A stretch of DNA of 64,000 bases from Azolla caroliniana (lineage: Eukaryota; Plantae; Polypodiophyta): NCBI GenBank assembly GCA_043228905.1, contig JBHGNT010000001.1, forward strand, positions 23,374,001 through 23,438,000, read 5' to 3'. The translations under genes and the position numbers were made by a program. How positions within the stretch are numbered: position 1 is the stretch's first letter; the number at the start of each line of letters is the position of its first letter. Below the pieces are notes generated by a model. It did no database searches, was not told where the DNA came from, and saw nothing but the letters and a program-made list of their open reading frames with translations. Shown here one piece after another: positions 53,337 through 64,000 of this stretch.

Positions 53337-55999
53337 CGTTTATTTAAATCCCTGAAATGCCCCTCCCGGCCCCTTCTTCTTCTGTTTTGGATGGCCACGG
53401 AGGCCCCAGGGAGGAGAATGAATGTCCACGAAGAAAGACATAAAAAGGTTGTGGATGGATATGATATGGCCCCCTTGCGGCGGCATTCCCATTCTCTTCA
53501 TGCATGCACGTACATACTTGATGCTATTGTCATCCATGAATAAATATATATGCTAACGTCCCTTAACATGCCCTGCATGTATCCCTCATATCTCTATGAA
53601 TTGCCCTCGCGGTTTTCATCTTAGCATTCGTTTTAGCTCACCTTGAACATAAAAAGATTGATTTTAGAGTTGTTCGTCAAGATGTGCTACTACTTTGAGC
53701 TTTACTTCAATTGGTAGAAGCAAGTGTTATTGTGGGTTCTGAGTTATCTCACGCAACTACATCATGTACCCCCTTTTTTGCAGGGTTCCTCTTCGCTTGC
53801 CCGACTCATGTGTTCTCTTTCGAGTTTCTCGCGATAGTTCTTTAGATCTTCTTGCATGCAAACCCTTTGTTACATGCATGCTGCTTAGAAGACTGCATCA
53901 AGTGCTAAAGTTATATGATATGCCTGGACATTGAGCGTTAGACGGTAGAACAAGGGAATGTTAGGGTTGAGATGAACATGTGTACACCATGAGGTAAATT
54001 ATACAACAAACAATTGTACATTTACACAACCTATACTATGTATATATGCATGCTAGAGTTAGCATAAATATTATGTGTGTGGAAACCTCATATTTGTAAG
54101 TGTGGCTGTTGAGGGACCGTGCACATGGGCCATTAAGTCATTAAATAAAAAATGGTGGCCAATTAAATTATCGTGGTTGGCTAGCTTTATAGTGGTGGTG
54201 AGCCAAAATTGAACGAGGGATTTTATCATTTTCCCATGCGTAGTGTTAGTAGCATGACACATGACTCACAAAAACATCAACATCGCTAAGGACTTGAAGA
54301 ATAAATGTAAGTCTAGGAAAACGGGGGACTTTACAACTTCAAGTAAAAATGGCTACCTCAATGAGAAAGGGGACAAACCCTTTGTAAAAGATTTATCAAA
54401 GTCGCTTTTTGTGACTTTTTGTAAATGGCTAGAGCTCTCTCCCTCTTTTAATCATTTTATTATAGTGACTTGAGTGATTAGCGTAAAGTGCTACTTAGCC
54501 AAATCCCGATTACTCCTCCTTTGGTACATGTGCGTATTCTTTTATTAATTGAGACGTGGTTACCGTTACTTTTATATTGTTTGTCTCTTTATATATGTGT
54601 GTATCTTGACATTTTAAAACTTTATAAGGAAGCTATTGGCTTCTTAACCTGAATTTTTGCAAGGAAATATGAGGGAGAGTTCATGAGGCTAGGGTTTGCG
54701 AAGCTAGTAGCTTGATAGAGATTGACAACCACTCTCATATACTTCGCCACTATTAGGGTATGAGACGGTCAGAACCCCTCAACCAACAATATAGGTGTGG
54801 ATGCAAAACTCTGGCAATATGAAAACTTGTGCTCAGCATGAACCCCTCAAGTCAACATATCTTTTGGCATTGCTACTAGGGACAAAAAGGCCAACGACTT
54901 CAGCTTTTGTGACCTCTTGAGGCAAGCTCTATCAACCTTAGAGGAGTCTACGAAGTTGAGAAGAGAAGGTATATGTATGATCATTCGATGTTTTTAGTTC
55001 ATTTGGTGTAATTTCATTCCTTGTCATTTTCATTATTTTTTTAGGGGAGTATAAGAAGTCAAGAAGAAAAGGAATGTGTGTGATTGTTAAGTGTTTCTTG
55101 CTTGTTTGGTGTAAAGTTCCTTGTCATTTTCATTACCTTTCTACTCAATCATGTGATTACTTTTTACTCATCACCCATTTTTATTTGGCAATGATTAGTT
55201 CGCTCATCATCATGTTTAATTTTTGTTATTTTTAGTTTTATTTATTGTGCTTTTGTTCATGAATCATGAGTTTTACTTATTCATCTTTGGATTTTTCTCT
55301 CATTTATTATTTAATTATAATTAGCATTGTTAACTAGATTCCCCTCAACAACCAAAGGGGAGGGAGAAAGTACACTTAGGTATTGAGGAATTTTTCGGAA
55401 TCCTTAAAACACGTATAAACACTAAGTATACAAAATTTAAAGTTGTTAATGCCTCTTCTCATGAGTCCAATACACAAAGGGAACACAAGAGCACAACACA
55501 CAAGTTGTGAACACACGAGCTCCAACATATGAAGAAAACACACAAGCTCCAACACATGAACTCCAACACAGGAGCTCTAAACTTATAAGCTCCAACACTC
55601 AAAGCCTCGTGTAAAATAAAGTAAATAAAATAAAATAAACATTACCTCATAATTAATTTTTTATATATACATACTTATATATAGCTCCATTTCAAAAGCA
55701 CACACATGAACACAATAATACTAATAATGAACAAATAAATAGTAATAAAAATGTCACAACTTAAAGCCTCATGGAGTGACCTATTTAAATTTAGGCCCGT
55801 CTTGGACACAAAAAATGAACCTAACTGAGTTCAACTTGATGAGGGTCATGGATACCAATTTCCAAAGCAAGACATATGGGGGTTGGCTAATGCCTAGGGA
55901 AGCACTTGAGCTAGATTTGAATAGAGGTCAACATGCTAGCACCTCTTATACCCTCACACTAGAAAATAATGACCTAGGCATAAACCACATAACTTTTGA

Positions 56000-56505
56000 A
56001 CATGACCACATAAGCATCCTCAAAGAAATCAAAGCCATTGAAAAAGAGATTGAAATCTAGTCCGAAACCATAACCATGAAGAGAGGAGTCTTTATAATAG
56101 AACGTAATGGAGACCCCCCAAAAGGAGGTTGTGAAAAGGCCTATAATTGAACCCCCCAATTGGGTTCATCATCTTTTCAATGAGCCCATCCTCTACCCTG
56201 AGTGTTGGTACAAATTATACCACCCCACACAAAAACTCTACAACTCATCCCTACATGACCACATAAGCATCCTCAAAGAAATCAAAGCCATTGAAAAAGA
56301 GATTGAAATCTAGTCCGAAACCATAACCATGAAGAGAGGAGTCTTTATAATAGAACGTAATGGAGACCCCCCAAAAGGAGGTTGTGAAAAGGCCTATAAT
56401 TGAACCCCCCAATTGGGTTCATCATCTTTTCAATGAGCCCATCCTCTACCCTGAGTGTTGGTACAAATTATACCACCCCACACAAAAACTCTACAACTCA
56501 TCCCT
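56000..56505. repeat. Apparently perfect 253-bp tandem duplication
   Basis: Units 56000-56252 and 56253-56505; identical ORF starts at 56107 and 56360. Confidence 0.92.
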
Positions 56506-56910
56506 CCACACTCCCCATGCCCCTGTTTGCACCCCTCTCCAATACATCCATGAATATCCCACCTAGCACCCCTATAGATACACAACCCCTAGTACCATTC
56601 ACAATCTCGAGTACCATTCACACCCCAAATGGATACATGGCACCTATAACCATTCCCTCCCCTTAAGAGAAGGACAACCTTCTTCCCATTTACCCCCTCT
56701 AGAAAACACCCCCATAGGTGTAACCCAACTAGAAATAAAACCACCTCACCCCATAGGAATAGACAAAAGAAATGAAAATGGCTCCCATTACTTAACCCCT
56801 CTACATACCTCAACATGCTATTAGGCAGACAAACACTCTCCCAATTAGAAAATACATTCGCCAACCTCTTTGCACACAACTTTAGCTCCCCACCCATTGC
56901 TCTCATACCA

Positions 56911-57818
56911 TGTTAAGAAGGCGCTACGACTCTTCTTAGTGCAACAACAGACACATGATATGCAAGATCGTTTAGTGTTCAAGAGAGAAAGAATGGGGGA
57001 AGGAGACACACCTCTGTAGCAGCCCAAAAACCTTCAGTTTCATTACACAGAAAAACCTTTATCGTCTGTTTTCTTACTTCTCTACTCGCTCTCACTTTTT
57101 ACCTAAGTATATTGGTGACTTACATATTCAGCTAATTAGCTGTGAGTAGCTAAATAGTTGTGAGTTGCTAAATAGCTGCGAATAGCTAAATAGTTGTTTT
57201 ACCTATATGTGTAACAGTAACTAATTTCCTAATAGCTACTACGGAAGATCTCAGTTACCAATAAGCATCACATTGCTTTTGTTGAGCTTGTTTCTTAACA
57301 CTCCCCCTCAAGCTCAACTTATCCACTCTTGAGATCATCTTCAGTCTTCTTTTCTTCATGCTTTCCAACTATCATATCAATGCTTATAATTCCCATCATG
57401 TCCCTAAATTGTGTATGTTTTTCTATGCTTAGTCCCTTCGTAAGAATGTCTGCCACTTACTGATTGTACTCACATACAAGTTTACAATAGATCTAGTTCT
57501 CCATCAATCACTTTTTCTCTAACAAAGTGATAATGCACTTCAATGTGCTTTGTTCTTGCATGGAAGACTGGGTTTTTGCGAGCCGAATACTACTCATATT
57601 GTCACACCAAATTGTGACTGCACCATCTATATACTCTCCCAAATCAGTAAACAATCTTCTAATCCATATTTCTTCACAAGTAGTTATTGCAGCTCCTCTA
57701 TATTCAGCTTTCGTACTTCATAATGCAACAATAGCTTATTTCTTGCTACTTCATGAAATAGCCGCACTTCCCAATGTAAACATATATCCACTTGTGGATC
57801 TTCTATCAGTTTGGCTTC
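56911..57818 (-). mobile_element. Copia remnant: LTR 56911-57300, PPT and decayed RNase H
   Basis: LTR ends TGTTAAGAA...TTCTTAACA; AGGGGGAG PPT at 57308-57301; minus-strand [39 protein letters not shown]. Confidence 0.85.
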
Positions 57819-58010
57819 TGTCATGATATAGCACGATATGGCCCCAAAAGGATTTGAACCCATGACCTTGTGTCACATGGGTTGAAGCCATACCATTAAG
57901 CTATATATTGTAATACAAAGAATATTATTTCCATTTATTATTTCACTTAGGAAATCCATGTATATTCTAGATTTCTTTGGAACATTCTAAAGAGAAATGC
58001 ATGGAATATT
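57819..58010 (+). mobile_element. Truncated LTR of the same family as the Gypsy LTR ending at 43493
   Basis: Starts TGTCATGATA like the reverse complement of the 43493 end, and shares the tRNA-like module and ATTCTAG motifs. Confidence 0.7.
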
Positions 58011-58011
58011 G

Positions 58012-61000
58012 CTCGGCCACAACCGAGTAGTAAATCACTTCTATAAGAATCAAAACATAGAAATGGGAAGTGGAGAGTACACAAGAAAAATTACATAGGA
58101 TGTTTACGTGGAAAACCCTAATAGGGAAAAACCACGGGAGCCCACAGACTCTGAACTATCAATATGAAGAGAAGGGGTACAATCAGAGACTCGGAGGCAA
58201 TGACCTCGAGCTCTATTTCTTCACATAGTGGCGGTTACAACAGAGTATCGCTCTGTATCTTTCTCTCTCTCTTCCTCTCCCTCTCTCTCTATACAACAGT
58301 TATAGCAATATGACAACAACACAAATCACCCACACTAAGGTGATTGCCCTAAGTCATATTTATAGTTATATGAACTTAGGGCCATTTACAAATATATAGC
58401 CTCAATGGGCTTATTTAAGACATATTTACAAATCTGTCTTCTCTTCCGGTTCTCACCAAGTCCACCGATCCGGTTTCCGGATCTCTTATAGTTCTCACTA
58501 GGTCCTCTTTATTCATCACCAGATCCCATCCGGAGAGACCAATTTCCCAACAATCTCCCCCTTCACTCCGGTATGGGATGTCCTGTAAGTCTGATCCGCT
58601 TCATGCATGTGTCCAGCTTGTCGGGTGTCAGCACTTTGGTTAACATATCCGACCCGTTCTCCTCCGTGTGGATCTTCGTCAGCACGAACTCTTGATCTTC
58701 AACTCGGTCCCGTATCTAGTGGTACCTGCGCTAAATGTGCTTCGTTCTGGAATGGTATGCCGTGTTCTTTGCAAGGTGGATGACACTTTGATTGTCGCAG
58801 TAGAGCCGGTATTCTTCTTGCTGGATCCCTAGCTCTCCGATGAAGTCCTTCGTCCATAATATTTCCTTGCCGGCTTCCACGGCTACCATGTACTCCGCCT
58901 CCGTGGTTGACAACGCAACCGTCTTCTACAGCCTCGACTGCCACGAAACGACTCCCCATGCATAGGTCATAACATATTCGGAAGTTGACCGGCTGGTGTC
59001 TACATCAACTGACATATCCGAATCGGTAAAACCTTCCATTAGGGGTTTACCAGAGCCGAATCGGAGGCACATACTCGAAGTGCCCTTCAAGTACTGGAGT
59101 ATCCATTTTACCGCATTCCAGTGCTCTTTTCCGGGGTTGGTCATGAACTGACTCACCACTCCGACTGCGTATCCAATATCCGGTCGAGTACACACCATTG
59201 CGTACATCAAGCTCCTGACCATAGAGGCATATGGAATCTTCATCATATCCGCCTTCTCTGCCTTTGTCTTCAGGCTTTGCTTATAGGATAATCTGCAGTT
59301 TGCTGGAAGTGTCGATCTGACCGCTTTTGCTTCTAACATGTTAAACCGCTGAAGCACCTTTGTCACATACTTTTCCTGTGACAACTACAATTGCTTCTTC
59401 GACTGGTCCCAGATGATGTGAATCCCCAGTATCTGTCTTGTTGGACCCAAGTCTTTCATTGAGAAGGTTTGGTTAAGGGCCTTCTTTAGCATCCATATCT
59501 TGACTTGGTCTCGTCCGACAATCAACATGTCGTCCACGTACAAGAGCAATATCAGGAAATCTCCTTCATCAAATTTCTTCACAAACACGCAGTGATCGGC
59601 CTGCGTCTTGTGGTACCCTTGATCGGTCATGAAGGAGTCAAACATCCGGTAACATTGCCGGGGAGCTTGCTTCAGTCCGTATAGGCTCTTCTTCATCCGG
59701 CACACCGGGTGCTCCTTCCCTTTCTTCTCAAATCCTTCTAGTTGATGCATGTAGATCTCTTCTTCGAGGTCTCCATGTAGGAATGTCGTCTTGACATCCA
59801 GTTGCTCTACCTCGAGGTCCATGCTTGCCGCTATGCCCAATACCGTCCGGATGGATGTCATCTTTACTACCGGGGCAAAGATCTCATCGAAGTCCACTCC
59901 TTTCTTCTGCTAGAAGCCCTTCACCACGATTCGGGCCTTATGCCTTGGTGGATTTCCGGCGTCTCCCGGTTTCAGCTTGTACACCCCCTTATTCTGGGGT
60001 GCCCTTTTTCCTTTCGGCAACTCCACCAATTTGTATGTGTGGTTCTCATGCAGGGAATCCATCTCATCCTACATGGCACTCAACCACTTGCGGCTGTGGG
60101 TGTCTCCCCTTGCTTCTTCAAAGCTTTCCGGCTCCCCCTCATCGGTTAGCAACACATGCTCTGCATCCGGAAATCTTCGGGGGGCTCTTCTCTCCCGGAG
60201 AGGATATCTCCATCCTTGGTTTCTGATTGCCGGTTCCTCCGTTTGTTCCTCATCCGAATCCGATTCGGGATCTTGTCCGGTTCCAGTGTCTTCTTCTTCG
60301 GTCGGTTCGGTTTCCTGTCCGTATCCGGCCGGTTCGTCGAGTGTCATCGGGTTACCGGCTAACATCCGCTTTTCAATAGATGATCCGGAGTTCGTTACCT
60401 TCTTCTCCGACTCCCAGTCGGCAATGGTCCTGTCTTCCATGAAGATTATGCCCCGACTCCGGAACACCTTTCTGTCGACCAGATCCCACACCCGGTGTTG
60501 CGGTAATTCGTGGTTGCATGTCGGATCCAGGTGGGACCACTGGGGTCATGGACCAGGAGGGGAGAAGTTGCTGGGAACCCGAATCCTCTGGAGCTTGCCG
60601 CATTGCCGGCCGGTTCGATCTCAGATACTCTCCGGACACGACCGGTAGCCGCACGGGAAGTGAGGGAGCGCACCCTTGTCATTTCCGCCCCTTCCGCCCG
60701 TATGTACAAGGGGCCCAAAAGAGGCATGGGACACGGCTCGGTCAACCGCACCCGCGCACACACACACACACTCACATATACACACCCGGTTACAACCGGC
60801 ACCTCTACACCGGCGACCACACACGCACCTGCTCTTGGACCCTACGCTAACCGGACACACACACACACCTACACATGCAACGCTCGCTGTGATGCTAGTT
60901 CCACACGGAGAGGAAGAGGGAGCCTGCATCCTAGGGCCGGTCGGGGAGCTCGCAGGCTCGTTCGCGCGACGGGACCCTCGTGTAGGGCAAGCCTCTTCCA

Positions 61001-62147
61001 GAACGACCACCTCCTGTCGCCAAGCCACCTTTAGGGGAGCGCACGGGCTCGCTGAACCAAGTTGGGTCTTGCTCGCCAAGGAGGGAAACCTGCCAACGAA
61101 CCACCCAACGCGGGGGCTCTTTACAAGCGACGGGATCCAACACCCACACACACGTAGATTTTCCAGACCATGGAGTACTGAGGACCAACAAGTAGGAACT
61201 CAGGGAAGGCGTAGACAGTCTGCATGTTGCCCGCCACAACTAAACACGCCACCTACGCATGCACACAAATGACACTGAAACCCTAACAGAGAATAGAGAC
61301 CCCACACACACCAAGATGAAACCCTAACAGAGAATAGAGAAAGATGTTATACACAGAAGTTTATTCACACTAAACGAAACCTCAAAACGTGGAACAAAAC
61401 TGTTTGGGACCCAACTGTACAAGAAGCGCACCCTCCATTTTATAGAACAAGGTGAGGGTCGTGACTATGTGGGATAAATCCCGTGATACATGGGATCGTC
61501 CGTCCCAACTTTATTGTCGCTCGGCGTCATAAAGGTGCCCCCATTTCCCTATATAAGTTTTACAAGAGTGGGTGCACATGGCGCACCTTGCCGATTCCTC
61601 TGATATTCCCCGGTTTCTCACCATGGCCCAGAATCTTCACAACACCGGTAACCAAACTCATCATCGACGTATCCAAGGAATATGGATGGGCGGGATTTCG
61701 GATCCAACTTTGCTCTCTTGTCCTTCGCCACATGCACGTATACGAGACACCCGAACACCTTCAGATGCCGGTAAGACACATCCTTACCGGTCCATATTTT
61801 TTGCGGTGAGTCTCCGCCCAAGGGTACTGAGGGTGATCTGTTTATCACATAGGTCGCCGTCATCAACGCCTCAGCCCAAAATGTCTTGGGTAACTTGGCA
61901 TGTGCGAGCATGCTCCGGTTTATCCTTTCGGCCAGTCTGTTTAGTTCCAACGTCTTCGACACAGTAAACTCGAGTTGGATTCCCTTTGACCGACAATACT
62001 CCTCGAATTGCCCCTAGTATTCTCCTCCATTATCAGCTCGAATCGCCTTCAGCTTCTGGCCGGTTTCTCTTTCCACTCTTGCGTGGAGCTCCTTGAAGAC
62101 GGATAACACTTGGTCCTTTGTCTTCAACAGTGAGACCGACAACTTCC
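58012..62147 (-). mobile_element. Older, decayed relative of the 27621-32978 Copia (3' LTR 58012-58552, RH-RT-INT)
   Basis: Colinear similarity with the intact copy (FAPVVKMTSIR, LLLYVDDMLI, FTDSDMS, TTEAEYM), multiple stops, LTR motif ACGTGGAAAACCCTA; split by a solo LTR and truncated inside the integrase. Confidence 0.93.
60496..61644. mobile_element. Solo LTR (1149 bp) inserted in the decayed Copia
   Basis: TGTTG...CAACA termini, 4-bp TSD CCGG (60492-60495, 61645-61648); removing it restores the host frame FGYRVWD. Confidence 0.9.
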
Positions 62148-62889
62148 ACATGCAGATCCTGTAATAGTCGTTTCAGCCAAATGACTTCACACGTAGCGAC
62201 AATCACCCCTCGATATTTGGCCTACGTGCTCGATAGTGCCACTATCGGCTGCTTCTTACTGCTCCATGTGATCGCCGCACTTCCCATTGAGAATGCGTAT
62301 CCAGATGTGGATCTACAATCGTTGGCATTTCCAACGCAATCGGCATCCGTGTAGCCAGCTAATTGTTCGGCTACGCCCGCCCGATATAGCAACACCATGT
62401 CCTTAGTGCCGCTGACATATCGCAATATCCTTTGTGCACACTGAAAGTGTTCGGCCATGGGCTGCGACATAAATTGATTAATCAAGCTGACCGGGTAACT
62501 GAGATCTGGCTGAGTGATCGTCAAGTAGATTAGGCTTCCGACAATCTATTGGAACCGTGTCGGGTTGCATGCCTTTCCCGAATCTTGGTGAAGCTTTACG
62601 TTTCTATCCAGAGGGGTCGAGATGGGCTTACAATATGCCATCCCGGACTTAAAGAGCATATTCAGCACGTAGTGATGCTGGCTGATCAATATGCCTTCGG
62701 GGATGTGGATCACTTCGATCTCGAGGAAGTAATGAAGGTCGCCAAGATCCTTCATTTCGAATAGTGCCGCAAGCTGAGACTTTACGTAAATCATCAACAT
62801 AAAGTAAAAGACAAATTGGTCCATGTCCACCTTGCTAAACGAACAACGAAGAGTCCGATCTGGATGTCGTAAACCCCATTCTACACAAC
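62148..62889 (-). mobile_element. RT/RNase H fragment of a further Copia family
   Basis: FEMKDLGDLHYFL, GYTDAD, STSGYAFSMGSAAITWSSKKQP and CEVIWLKRLL. Confidence 0.88.
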
Positions 62890-64000
62890 TGTTGCGTAAT
62901 TAAGGGCACCCCTTCCCTCACGAGTGCTCACTAGCCGGTCGACGGCTACTACCATGGCTTCTGCAAGCTTGGAACCCCTCATCTTCAACTCCTTTGCCGC
63001 CTTCTTTCACGTCGGGTTCACCAAATGATATCGTGTTGTTACGCTCTCGTGTGTGAAATGAGGCGGGATTACGGGGGCCCTGAACCAAGGAGCGTGGGAA
63101 AGAAGAGGGAGAGCGACTCACAGAAAAACAAGGAGAGAGACGGGAATAGAAGATTCAATTACAATGTCAACAATGATTACAACTGGCAAACCGGCAACAG
63201 ACCCCAAACGAAGGTCCCACGCACACACACGGATGACACAGAGAACACATGGTGGAGCCTCTTCTGGAAGCACACGGGCTCACACGCAGCAAAGGCAACC
63301 AACACATAAACGTAGCGGAGAGCAACGGTTGAGGAGGAGAGAGCTCGGTTCCCAGTCCGACGGCACTTCACCCTCTCCAAAACGCGATATCTATATTCTT
63401 CTTCTCCCCTCCCTTTTATAGGTCGCCGAGGAGACCGTTACATCAAAACATATCAACTTTATTCTATGTCCTTTTGGACAGAGATATGCATCGATTTCCT
63501 AGATAATTAATACCATTCCTAGTACATATGTACATCAGCCGATCTATTCCTAGCTATGTACAATTCCTAAACACACACACACGCGAAAAGGATTGGGTCA
63601 CGCCTCCTCCCCTTGATTCCTCCTAGGGGCGGTTTTCTCCACAACATCCACCCCCAACAAACCGCATGTCCATCGGTACGTGCCAGGTAGGAACAACCTT
63701 GGCAGAAACTGGCCCTAGATCACTTGTCGTTTTCCGAACCCTCGCCTTCCCTGATTCGGGCATCGCCGCCGCCATCGCTCACCGGGTTTGGTTCGTCCTC
63801 GTGCCGCTTCTTGAACATCTTGACCCTCTTGCTAGCCACCGGTACCGTTATCCACGTCCCATCGAGCTTCACGAGATGATACGTGCCGTTGTCGTTTGCG
63901 CTTGTCACTGTGTAGGGCCCGAACCATCTCCTCGCAAACTTACGCACCGGCTTGTGTTGATTATTGAGGCTACTGTCGTACACCAACACCCAGTCGCCTT
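62890..64000 (-). mobile_element. Ty3/Gypsy 3' end: LTR 62890-63646, PPT and integrase C-terminus running off the window
   Basis: TGTTG...CAACA LTR, G-rich PPT adjacent, GPY/F motif RKFARRWFGPYTV..NGTYHL..LDG. Confidence 0.85.

Noticed and set aside
53330-54510. Further Mutator-like element upstream of the TBC gene
   Set aside because: GGG/CCC-ended segments were seen but no convincing TIR pair or TSD.

Overview
Eukaryotic plant nuclear DNA. The transposon complement (Tcn1-like Gypsy, RTEX-like LINE) suggests a seed-free plant such as a fern, which is inference. Three intact intron-containing genes could be modelled exon by exon: a Pol-beta/PAP-OAS1-type nucleotidyltransferase (+, 6119-12812), an F-box/JmjC JMJ22 orthologue (-, 15874-19801) and a TBC RabGAP22-like gene (-, 49281-52962). 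The rest is mostly transposons: a decayed PPR pseudogene, hAT-type MITEs, a Pack-MULE carrying a P4-ATPase fragment, a young but triply disabled Copia, a LINE > Gypsy > DNA-element nest (34.1-46.1 kb) and a nested LTR cluster (56.9-64 kb). The most unusual signals are (i) a ~5.9-kb element pairing a decayed DDE-type transposase with a divergent spliced gene whose intron holds 13 tandem 37-bp hairpins with orientation-flipping spacers, and (ii) outward-facing tRNA-like A/B-box modules at the tips of a Gypsy LTR family. All coordinates and counts were read by eye and no searches were run.
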